This document shows positions 57,314 to 64,000 of a stretch of DNA of 64,000 nucleotides, one piece after another; position 1 is the first letter of the stretch, and the number at the start of each line of letters is the position of its first letter. A model generated the notes under the pieces. That model was given only the letters and a program-made list of their open reading frames with translations, was not told where the DNA came from and did no database searches. The DNA is from a virus. Made by a program: the position numbers and the translations under genes. Location: IMG/VR virus record IMGVR_UViG_3300042946_000615, positions 7,663-71,662 of that record; one strand, given 5' to 3'.

Positions 57314-58130
57314 TGTTATTAACACTCTCTGAGTTTAAAAATGGTTTGTCTACTGTGCCGTCCTGATAATTATGATAATCATAAAGTTTCTGCTTAACCT
57401 TACTGGTAGCCATGCTAAGAATTTCCATTTCTCGTCCTTCTTTTTCTCTTATTTCTTCGTCTTCTAGCATTCGTATTAATCCTGTCCAACTGCTTTTGCC
57501 GTCTTCTATTCTTTTGATTCGTTGTTCTCTTGTGGCTTTAAGGTCTTTACTAATTTTTTGTTGTTCATTGAGCAGTTTGGTATATTCATTGGTATAATTT
57601 GCTATACTGTTTCGGGCAAAGCTGAGTTGAGTTTCTAAATTGGCTAATTTCGGTATGTCTCTTTCAACTTCTGGCTTGCTATAAATTTCGTCCACCATTC
57701 GCTGAAGTTTTTCAGTTTCAGCAATATGACGTTTTCGTTCTTTCATGCTTCGATTAATAAGAATATCTATAGTGATAAACTGTTTGATCTGCAGTTCTTC
57801 AGCGGGCAACACGTCTTCTCGAAACTGCTTTACCAGATTAATCCATGTGCTTTCAAAGTATTCTAATTCTCCGGTGTCACTATCAAATTGTCGTGTGATT
57901 TCTGGCCAAAACGTTTTACTATGAAGTTTTTGACTAAGTATCTGATTATCATTACTGCTGTTAATAACTGATAATTGATTTTCGTTAACATATCGCTGTA
58001 TTGGGCCGACAGTTCGATTTAAATGATTTGCTATTTCTTGTAAAGAGGATGAAGTATAATTATCTCGAATGTATTTTTCTTCATCAAGACTTAATTGTCC
58101 TCGTTTTTTGGGTACATCTCTGCTTTCCAA
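57306..58130 (-). CDS. HTH plus coiled-coil protein, candidate terminase small subunit
   Basis: N-terminal EIANHLNRT...IQRY HTH and long coiled coil; upstream of TerL. Function inferred from position. Confidence 0.45.
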   Translation of the reverse strand: MESRDVPKKRGQLSLDEEKYIRDNYTSSSLQEIANHLNRTVGPIQRYVNENQLSVINSSNDNQILSQKLHSKTFWPEITRQFDSDTGELEYFESTWINLVKQFREDVLPAEELQIKQFITIDILINRSMKERKRHIAETEKLQRMVDEIYSKPEVERDIPKLANLETQLSFARNSIANYTNEYTKLLNEQQKISKDLKATREQRIKRIEDGKSSWTGLIRMLEDEEIREKEGREMEILSMATSKVKQKLYDYHNYQDGTVDKPFLNSESVNNNE

Positions 58131-58753
58131 TTTTTGCTCTCCATTATTTTAACAATGTGGTTTTTTAGTTTTTTGAGTTCTATCTTGTTAACTTTTGATC
58201 CGTGTTTCAGTTTGAGATAAGTTTCTCTAAATTCTAATTGAATATGATCGTCTAAAAATTTAATTAGCTCTTTATTTTCTAATAAGTTTTCAGTATGTGA
58301 TGATGGTGCAAGATGAGATGATTGGTCGATATATCCTGGTTGAATAATGTTCTTTTTGGCCTCATTTCTTTTTGCCCACGAGGCGTATAGTTCACAGTCA
58401 TCTTTATTGGAAAATTTTTCACATTGATTAATGCTAACTTTGCAACCTTTGTCGAAAAAAGGACAAGAATGACAGGGTTTATCGGGCCTTTGATAGTTGT
58501 TTCTTTTATAATTAAATAGTCTATTACGAACGTGGGTCCAAAGGAAGTTTTCTAAGGGTCTTTTTTTGTCATAATTTTTAAGACCTTCCAATGCAAAAAT
58601 AGCAGCTTGTTGCTTCATATCGTCTATACTATGATATGCGAATCTGAATTTATTGGCTAATCTTTTACTAATATTGTCTAATACTAATAAAAACTCTTCT
58701 GTACTAACGCCATTGGGTAATTCAGGTGGTAGTTTGGTCTTTTTTTTGCTCAT
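58091..58753 (-). CDS. Phage sigma70-family factor with Cys-rich insertion (probable late sigma)
   Basis: Region 2-like DDMKQQAAIFALEGLKNYDKKRPLENFLWTHVRNRLFNYKR, then CHSC...C....C......C. Confidence 0.75.
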   Translation of the reverse strand: MSKKKTKLPPELPNGVSTEEFLLVLDNISKRLANKFRFAYHSIDDMKQQAAIFALEGLKNYDKKRPLENFLWTHVRNRLFNYKRNNYQRPDKPCHSCPFFDKGCKVSINQCEKFSNKDDCELYASWAKRNEAKKNIIQPGYIDQSSHLAPSSHTENLLENKELIKFLDDHIQLEFRETYLKLKHGSKVNKIELKKLKNHIVKIMESKNWKAEMYPKNEDN

Positions 58754-58886
58754 TTATTAGTTCTGCTATGCTCTTTCCGTTGTCTAATAATAGGTCATTA
58801 ATAATATCGTCATTAATAGAGCCAGAGGCTTTAACGAATAATACGCTATCAGCAACAATGTCCGGGTCAAAATGGGAGTCTTTCAT
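58722..58886 (-). CDS. Small hypothetical protein
   Basis: MKDSHFDP..., AAGGA RBS; first gene of the late operon. Confidence 0.5.
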   Translation of the reverse strand: MKDSHFDPDIVADSVLFVKASGSINDDIINDLLLDNGKSIAELINEQKKDQTTT

Positions 58887-58973
58887 ATTTTTTCCTTGCT
58901 CTAAACTGATCAAACCTTATTATAGTATGTTTTGGGGCGAGATTGTCAACAAATTAAAAGATAGGAGCGATTT

Positions 58974-59210
58974 ATGGCTAATTATAAGAAGTGGACCAAT
59001 GCTGAGCTAGACTATATTAATAATAATCATACTCTGTTATGTGACGAAGGATTGGCAGCCTCATTAAGTAAAATGACTGGCGAAACTATTAGCACAGCAA
59101 TGGTACGACGCCAGCGAAGAAAGCTAGCTTTGAAGAAGAGCAGGGGCCGTCCAAAGAAGATTAAGGAAATTAATAGCTCAAGGGATACTGAAGCTACTGC
59201 TATAAGTTGA
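58974..59210 (+). CDS. Small DNA-binding protein (HTH-like plus AT-hook)
   Basis: KKWT.AE..YI...; MVRRQRRKL.L; KKSRGRPKK AT-hook; GGAG RBS; divergent from the late operon. Confidence 0.7.
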   Translation: MANYKKWTNAELDYINNNHTLLCDEGLAASLSKMTGETISTAMVRRQRRKLALKKSRGRPKKIKEINSSRDTEATAIS

Positions 59211-59348
59211 AATTTAGCAGATAAATAATTAAGAGGGCGGGACAGCGGTCACGATTAATAATTTTAGTCGTGGCCGTTGTTGTTTTATGGGGATTGGCCG
59301 TTATAATAGAGTGATGCAAGGTCAAAATACTTTCTAGGAGACTAGGTC

Positions 59349-59645
59349 ATGAAAATGTTTATTTTATTAGTTTGTGGTTTATTTTGTGGTGTTGGAAATG
59401 ATAGCAATGCTTGTGAATGGACCAGGGCAAGAAATGTTCAGCCAGTTTATGTTCCTGTTCAGCAAGTTCAACCAGCCATATCGTGGTCTTATGTTCAACA
59501 AACATTTGTTAATTATGTTCCAACAGTAGTTTATCAGCCAGTAGTAAATACTCAGGTAATTGCTATTCCGTCAGTGGTTTATCCTATTTATGCTCCTGTT
59601 CCTGTTGTTCCTTATTTCTATGGATATAGTGTTTATAGATACTAG
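59349..59645 (+). CDS. Secreted/membrane Val-Pro-Tyr-rich protein
   Basis: Signal-peptide-like N-terminus, low-complexity VPV/Y body, GGAG RBS. Confidence 0.65.
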   Translation: MKMFILLVCGLFCGVGNDSNACEWTRARNVQPVYVPVQQVQPAISWSYVQQTFVNYVPTVVYQPVVNTQVIAIPSVVYPIYAPVPVVPYFYGYSVYRY

Positions 59646-59926
59646 GGGGAATTCGGCTAATATAAGTGGTGCAGAATAAGATTTAATTAATGGGGGAACT
59701 GGCCAATTGTAATATGTCCGGCCAATTATTTTTTAGAACAGGTGTCTATGGAAACATTATTGATACTTGTATCAGTATAAAAATTATTTGTGAAAGATTA
59801 TTATGGGAAAAATGGCTAATAAACTGGCCAATTACGTATGGTGGTCCTTATTGTTTTTAGACCACCCGCAAGGTATGGCGATTTTCTAAGCCCCTTAATA
59901 TAAAATGAAAAAACCCCCTCTTGCCC

Positions 59927-60004
59927 TAAAGTGTTGTGGCGTAAGACTTTACGACGAGTGATGGACGCAAAAGTTGTCATAAACTCTTATGGGGTAACGA
60001 CTTA
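59927..60004. repeat. Paired 9-7-9 dyad element 1
   Basis: TAAAGTGTT-GTGGCGT-AAGACTTTA and, 53 bp later, TAAACTCTT-ATGGGGT-AACGACTTA. Confidence 0.85.
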
Positions 60005-60047
60005 GAAAAAACGTAAAAGCATTTGCATAAATCGAAAGTTTTTCCGC

Positions 60048-60083
60048 TTGAAACCTAAAGATTGGCCTGTATAATACCGATAT
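60048..60083 (+). promoter_or_regulatory. Early promoter (sigma70, with overlapping sigma28-like boxes)
   Basis: TTGAAA-16-TATAAT; TAAAGATT-12-ACCGATAT. Confidence 0.75.
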
Positions 60084-60107
60084 AAGAGAAAGAAAGAGAG
60101 AAAGAAA

Positions 60108-60329
60108 ATGGAAAAAGCAACTCATATCAACGATTTTATTGGTAGCCTTCCTAGGATTGTGGAAAAGAAGGTGTGGAAGGTTACGGATAAGGATGGAACG
60201 GTTGTTCAGTATGTTGGCGCTACCGATAACCGTGAGAGCACAGCACAAGCGTACATCAAAGAGAAGTATCCCCAAAGAGATTTGATTCTGACCTTCTCAC
60301 ACTTCAAAGGTTTGATTACCCTTCGCTAG
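60108..60329 (+). CDS. Early hypothetical protein
   Basis: 73 aa after a promoter and purine-rich leader. Confidence 0.7.
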   Translation: MEKATHINDFIGSLPRIVEKKVWKVTDKDGTVVQYVGATDNRESTAQAYIKEKYPQRDLILTFSHFKGLITLR

Positions 60330-60335
60330 AGGGGA

Positions 60336-60363
60336 TTGACAAGCAAAAAAGTTTCTGTAGAAT
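60336..60363 (+). promoter_or_regulatory. sigma70 early promoter
   Basis: TTGACA-16-TAGAAT with TG extension. Confidence 0.7.
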
Positions 60364-60390
60364 AACTTCATCATCACCAAGGAAAACAAA

Positions 60391-60579
60391 ATGAACGATC
60401 TCAAGAGTCTTTTTCTTGCTATGGCCGCTGGTAAGTATGCTGGATTCCGAGATACTAAGGGTAAGGGATATATCGGAATCATCAACGGTATCATGCGTGA
60501 GGATGGTAGTGGTCGTAACTGGATCATTACTGTGACTGAGGGAATCAAAACGAGCAAGGTTTTTATCCACGCAACGTAA
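60391..60579 (+). CDS. Early hypothetical protein
   Basis: 62 aa, AAGGA RBS, REDGSGRNW motif. Confidence 0.7.
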   Translation: MNDLKSLFLAMAAGKYAGFRDTKGKGYIGIINGIMREDGSGRNWIITVTEGIKTSKVFIHAT

Positions 60580-60654
60580 GCCCAATAATCACAAGACTTT
60601 ACGTCGAGTGGGGGCATAGAGGGATGATCTAAACTCTTGTCGCATAACGACTTA
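60577..60654. repeat. Paired 9-7-9 dyad element 2
   Basis: TAAGCCCAA-TAATCAC-AAGACTTTA; +53 TAAACTCTT-GTCGCAT-AACGACTTA. Confidence 0.8.
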
Positions 60655-60687
60655 CGAACCTTGCGATCTTTTAAGGAAACTTTTTGC

Positions 60688-60715
60688 TTGATCTCTAAGA
60701 AATACCCTGTATAAT
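60688..60715 (+). promoter_or_regulatory. sigma70 early promoter
   Basis: TTGATC-16-TATAAT with TG extension. Confidence 0.7.
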
Positions 60716-60742
60716 GATGATATAAGAGAAAAGGAGAAAAAG

Positions 60743-60958
60743 ATGGATACGACTAAGATCAACAACGCTCTGAAAATGATTTGGGGTAGCGAAACGTACA
60801 ACGTGGTGCTACTGTATACGGCAGACGGTAAACTGTTTGCAGAATGTGAAGCAACGAATGACCGACGACGAATCACGGAAAGCAACTACGAAGAAATGCT
60901 GAACGATATGTTCTATAACTTCTGTATGGAAAAGGCCTCTTGGATGGGCGTCTCATGA
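60743..60958 (+). CDS. Early hypothetical protein
   Basis: 71 aa, AAGGAG RBS. Confidence 0.72.
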   Translation: MDTTKINNALKMIWGSETYNVVLLYTADGKLFAECEATNDRRRITESNYEEMLNDMFYNFCMEKASWMGVS

Positions 60959-60973
60959 CCCCCACTAGAGGGG

Positions 60974-61002
60974 TTGACAAGATAAAAAACTTTCTGTAAA
61001 AT
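60974..61002 (+). promoter_or_regulatory. sigma70 early promoter
   Basis: TTGACA-17-TAAAAT; flanks resemble those at 60336. Confidence 0.72.
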
Positions 61003-61034
61003 ACGTTCATCACCAAGAGAAGAGGAAAAAGAAA

Positions 61035-61367
61035 ATGGCTACCAAGTTCAAGATTATCGAAGATGCCAAGCGTCAGGTTCGCATGTGCTTTGTTGGTATG
61101 GCTACTCGGCATCAGCCGTCGCTTGCCGATGGATTGTATGGCCCGATTCACAGTGAAAAGATTCACAAGTTCAATCGCAAGGCTCTCCGCAAGGGTAGTA
61201 AGGCTAAGGCGGAAAAGGTTGACTCTCGCTACAATGGGGGAGAGGATACCATGATCGTGGCGGTTGGCAAGCCCGGTTCGGCTGAGCGTAAGGCGGCACT
61301 GGCAGACCAGTATGCTGCGATTATGGCATCGGGCGAGGAACTTTCCCCCTTCGGTTGGAGGGGTTGA
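61035..61367 (+). CDS. Early basic hypothetical protein
   Basis: 110 aa, GAGG RBS, Lys/Arg-rich. Confidence 0.7.
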   Translation: MATKFKIIEDAKRQVRMCFVGMATRHQPSLADGLYGPIHSEKIHKFNRKALRKGSKAKAEKVDSRYNGGEDTMIVAVGKPGSAERKAALADQYAAIMASGEELSPFGWRG

Positions 61368-61369
61368 CC

Positions 61370-61447
61370 TAAAGCCTTACCGCATAAGACTTTGCGACGA
61401 GGCCCGCCGCCCGCGTTTTTCGTAAACTCTTACGCCACAACACCTTG
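61370..61447. repeat. Paired 9-7-9 dyad element 3
   Basis: TAAAGCCTT-ACCGCAT-AAGACTTTG; +53 TAAACTCTT-ACGCCAC-AACACCTTG. Confidence 0.85.
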
Positions 61448-61490
61448 TGAATCTTACGGCATTGTAAGGAAAAATATTCACGACTACCCC

Positions 61491-61518
61491 TTGCATTGGC
61501 CGATAATATCTGTATAAT
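61491..61518 (+). promoter_or_regulatory. Early promoter (sigma70 with internal GCCGATAA)
   Basis: TTGCAT-16-TATAAT; GCCGATAA at 61499-61506. Confidence 0.7.
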
Positions 61519-61524
61519 CGTGGC

Positions 61525-61731
61525 ATGATGATCACCACCACCAACGAGGACGCCAAAATGCTCCACGACCTTGACGAACCAAACAGCCAACTGAGTTACC
61601 TTGCCGAGCAGGGTATCATCGAGCCGATGGTCGAGCCGATTGACGATCCTAGTTTGGAAGTGAACTACTGGGATTGGGCAGAAGTGATCGGTATTGTTGA
61701 CAATCTGGTTCCGGAGGAGTATGCTGTATGA
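61525..61731 (+). CDS. Early acidic hypothetical protein (possibly leaderless)
   Basis: 68 aa; ATG 6 nt after the -10 box, no RBS. Confidence 0.6.
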   Translation: MMITTTNEDAKMLHDLDEPNSQLSYLAEQGIIEPMVEPIDDPSLEVNYWDWAEVIGIVDNLVPEEYAV

Positions 61732-61795
61732 GTGCCTTACTGATCGTGGTTTCATACATTGGATTGTGTTTTTGTGTTCTTTGTAAGGATTAGTT

Positions 61796-62080
61796 ATGAG
61801 TCACCCTGACCCTTGTTTCGATCCCGATAACTCTTATGAGGATGATGATATGAACTACCATGATGACGATGTGAACTACGATGATCACAATGATTTTTGG
61901 GGTTTGCCAGAAAATGAGCTGGATGAAATCCGAGATCAAATGGATGATGATGAGGGTTATGATGACGATTACGATGACCATTACGATGACAGCATGGATG
62001 GCGATCACGACTCCGCGATGGAATCTGCCGGATGGGGAACAGATGAGGATTACGGCTATTTTGGCGGAGAAGACTACTAG
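61796..62080 (+). CDS. Extremely acidic early protein
   Basis: 94 aa, Asp-rich, ends in MDGDHDSAMESAGWGTDEDYG. Confidence 0.72.
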   Translation: MSHPDPCFDPDNSYEDDDMNYHDDDVNYDDHNDFWGLPENELDEIRDQMDDDEGYDDDYDDHYDDSMDGDHDSAMESAGWGTDEDYGYFGGEDY

Positions 62081-62083
62081 CCC

Positions 62084-62161
62084 TAAAGCCTTGCCGCATA
62101 ACACTTTGCGGCGAGGCGGGCCGCACGATCTTGACGTAAACTCTTTAGGCTCAACGACTTA
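62084..62161. repeat. Paired 9-7-9 dyad element 4
   Basis: TAAAGCCTT-GCCGCAT-AACACTTTG; +53 TAAACTCTT-TAGGCTC-AACGACTTA. Confidence 0.85.
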
Positions 62162-62190
62162 GAGCAACCGTAGAATCTTTTATTTTCTTG

Positions 62191-62227
62191 TTGACAGCCT
62201 AAAGAACGGGCTGTATAATGTCGATAT
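62191..62227 (+). promoter_or_regulatory. Early promoter (consensus sigma70 plus sigma28-like)
   Basis: TTGACA-17-TATAAT; TAAAGAAC-12-GTCGATAT. Confidence 0.85.
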
Positions 62228-62254
62228 AAGAACATCACCCCAAAGGAAAAGAAC

Positions 62255-62566
62255 ATGACTCACGCCGAAGCAGTTTCTATGGTTCGTGGCAAGCGGAATA
62301 AGGATAGCCGCAAGGTAGGAAACAACACCTACGCTGAAATCCTGCCGTGTGGATCGGTTGGTATTCTGCTCCACAGTACCTATGTGGTAAAGATTCATTC
62401 TGACAATACCTATACCCTCCAGACTGGGGGTTGGCAAACCAGTACCACCAAGGATAGAATCAACCAGTACAGCCCCGTTCGTGTGTACCAGCACAAGTAC
62501 GAATGGTTCGTGAAACTGAATGGTAAGGAATATCCGTTTATGGAAGGAATGGTGGTGGGAGGATGA
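62255..62566 (+). CDS. Early hypothetical phage protein
   Basis: 103 aa, AAGGA RBS; LH.T...L.TGGWQT.TTK.RIN motif. Confidence 0.75.
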   Translation: MTHAEAVSMVRGKRNKDSRKVGNNTYAEILPCGSVGILLHSTYVVKIHSDNTYTLQTGGWQTSTTKDRINQYSPVRVYQHKYEWFVKLNGKEYPFMEGMVVGG

Positions 62567-62910
62567 TTTTATATCTTGCCGGTTTATATGGTGTTATTCT
62601 GCTAAATGCTTTTCTGTGTTGGATGATTGAAAAAAACAACTAAACGAAAGGGCTACGGATGGCCGATATATATCTAGACTGGAATAGTTTCGGTGTGGGA
62701 CTTGTTATTGGCCTTGGTTGTGCTTGGTTTGTTTGTGATCTTGTTTTTCCATTAAGGAAGTAAGATGACTATTAAGGATAAGATTGTCCTGTCTGTGGCG
62801 TTTGTTTGTGGTTGTATCGCAACTTTTCTTATGGGGTAAAAAATGTTTTCTGGAATCCCTATGATTGTTGAAGTTTTAAAGAAAATGAACGACTCTAAGG
62901 CCAAGTGATC

Positions 62911-62988
62911 TAAAGCCTTGATGCGTAAGAGTTTACGCCAAGGCCCAGCGGCCGCATTTGACGCAAACTATTGAGACACAACAACTTA
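62911..62988. repeat. Paired 9-7-9 dyad element 5
   Basis: TAAAGCCTT-GATGCGT-AAGAGTTTA; +53 CAAACTATT-GAGACAC-AACAACTTA. Confidence 0.8.
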
Positions 62989-63008
62989 CGATTTTCAAAA
63001 AAATATGC

Positions 63009-63045
63009 TTGACTTCTAAAGTTTAGGCTGGTAGAATACCGATAT
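63009..63045 (+). promoter_or_regulatory. Early promoter (sigma70 plus sigma28-like)
   Basis: TTGACT-17-TAGAAT; TAAAGTTT-13-ACCGATAT. Confidence 0.75.
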
Positions 63046-63076
63046 AAGAAGAAAGAGAAAGAGAAGGAGAAAAGAG

Positions 63077-63238
63077 ATGAGCCACTCTGATTCGCTGTGC
63101 GATTACGAAGATTCTGACGATGGCTATGATGCTGTGAAAGATAACTACCTGACTAATGGTGGTTATGGGTACAATGATCGTACTCGTCGTGAAGATGCTG
63201 AATGGGCTGAGGAATGTCGCCGTAACAACTGGAAATAA
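63077..63238 (+). CDS. Early acidic hypothetical protein (53 aa)
   Basis: AAGGAG RBS; MSHSDSLCDYEDSDDGYDAVKD...NNWK; below the ORF-track size cutoff. Confidence 0.65.
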   Translation: MSHSDSLCDYEDSDDGYDAVKDNYLTNGGYGYNDRTRREDAEWAEECRRNNWK

Positions 63239-63239
63239 C

Positions 63240-63482
63240 ATGATTACACTTCAGGAAATGAGACTCGCTGCTGCTGATGCTCTTGGAACCATGTCTCATG
63301 CTGTTATCGACAATGGTAACGAGTTTCTTATTGTTACCCTCGACAACTGTAGCATGGGAGAATGTGGTACGTTTTTTGCTGATGATGTTCGCAAGATATC
63401 TATCAGGAAGGACAGTAGCCGTGGTGCTGCTGGTAACCGTATTGAGGATTGGGCTGCTGATATCTTGAATCCGTATGCTTGA
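63240..63482 (+). CDS. Early hypothetical protein
   Basis: MITLQEMR...; starts 1 nt after the previous stop (the track ORF extends further upstream). Confidence 0.65.
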   Translation: MITLQEMRLAAADALGTMSHAVIDNGNEFLIVTLDNCSMGECGTFFADDVRKISIRKDSSRGAAGNRIEDWAADILNPYA

Positions 63483-63507
63483 CAATGTTTGATTAGTATG
63501 ATAGAAT
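63479..63507 (+). promoter_or_regulatory. sigma70 early promoter
   Basis: TTGACA-17-TAGAAT. Confidence 0.7.
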
Positions 63508-63523
63508 ACAACCAAAGGAGAAA

Positions 63524-63763
63524 GTGAAAATGACGAAGTGTGTTGTGACGGTTACTGATACGTTTGGTGGTGAGGCTAACTATGGTTGGGTGAAACGGTA
63601 TGAGTTTCAGCCGCGTAATGCTGAGTCTCAACGTAGTGTTATTCGACAGGCCAAGTCTCTGGCGAATATGACTGCGGTAAAGGCTGATACTTACGACTAT
63701 GGTGATGGATATACCGTGAAGCCGCGAGGATACAACCAGATTATCTTTGTGGATTTTGAATGA
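63524..63763 (+). CDS. Early hypothetical phage protein
   Basis: 79 aa, AAGGAG RBS, TDTFGGEANY.WV.R motif. Confidence 0.75.
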   Translation: MKMTKCVVTVTDTFGGEANYGWVKRYEFQPRNAESQRSVIRQAKSLANMTAVKADTYDYGDGYTVKPRGYNQIIFVDFE

Positions 63764-63767
63764 GCCA

Positions 63768-63845
63768 TAAACCCTTGCTGCATAAGACTTTGCAGCATGG
63801 GTGGCCGCCCGCGTTTTTCTCAAAGTGTTGTGGCGTAAGGACTTA
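63768..63845. repeat. Paired 9-7-9 dyad element 6
   Basis: TAAACCCTT-GCTGCAT-AAGACTTTG; +53 CAAAGTGTT-GTGGCGT-AAGGACTTA. Confidence 0.85.
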
Positions 63846-63861
63846 CGGCAAAAAGATTTCT

Positions 63862-63902
63862 TCAAGGTTACCACTTGACAATGCCGATAATAGATGTATA
63901 CT
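63862..63902 (+). promoter_or_regulatory. Early promoter (sigma70 with internal GCCGATAA)
   Basis: TTGACA-16-TATACT; TCAAGGTT-13-GCCGATAA. Confidence 0.75.
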
Positions 63903-64000
63903 GGGGCTATCTGGTTTGGTTGGTCTTCACTACACGAAAGGGATTTTTATGAACGATGTTCTTCTTTTTGGTTCGATTGCTACGGTTGTTGTTTGCTGCC

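Noticed and set aside
824-58000. Many 60-170 aa plus-strand and alternate-frame ORFs in the track
   Set aside because: They are antisense or off-frame shadows of long minus-strand genes, with no RBS or recognisable motifs.
62641-62669. TAAA-N17-GCCGATAT as an extra sigma28-like promoter
   Set aside because: The -10 box coincides with the codons ATG GCC GAT ATA of a small ORF and has no associated dyad element, so it may be chance.
59927-63845. CRISPR array interpretation of the recurring repeats
   Set aside because: The copies are degenerate and 570-780 bp apart, separated by promoters and genes; no cas genes are present.
59949-63874. Minus-strand ORFs in the early region (e.g. 63296-63874, 61369-61755)
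   Set aside because: They run across promoters and dyad repeats, opposite well-supported plus-strand genes.
1-64000. Stop-codon recoding, tRNA or rRNA genes, tail sheath
   Set aside because: Genes are full length and tightly packed in the standard code with all three stops used. No RNA gene or sheath-like ORF was recognised by eye.

Overview
The window is part of a large, AT-rich tailed dsDNA phage genome. No tail sheath is visible, so it is probably siphovirus-like. A Planctomycetota-like host is suggested but is only an inference. Positions 1-58.9 kb form one minus-strand late/virion operon. Read right to left, it encodes a phage sigma factor, a putative TerS, GDP-mannose 4,6-dehydratase, HNH and ERCC4 nucleases, TerL, portal, protease/scaffold, a decoration protein and the major capsid protein. 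These are followed by about 17 kb of fibre/lectin genes plus a sulfotransferase, neck proteins, the tail tube, two paralogous chaperones, a 6011-aa tape-measure protein (TMP) and a tail protein that runs off the left edge. Positions 59-64 kb are a GC-richer, plus-strand early region of small genes. Main findings: (1) the TMP looks like an injected polyprotein, with SNase-like, P-loop kinase, HxGH nucleotidyltransferase, PD-(D/E)xK, HAD, two HExxH peptidase, ADP-ribosyltransferase and EF-hand domains, most bounded by recurring [F/Y/L]xxGG motifs, plus five copies of a DTVPAMLxPGEFV module; (2) the early genes sit in cassettes headed by six ~80-bp elements, each with two 9-7-9 dyad boxes exactly 53 bp apart, followed by overlapping sigma70 and sigma28-like promoters; (3) a GTGTAT late-promoter motif precedes seven structural genes; (4) the left-edge tail protein contains a circularly permuted FGE/C-type-lectin domain. 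All domain calls come from motifs read by eye; no database searches were run.
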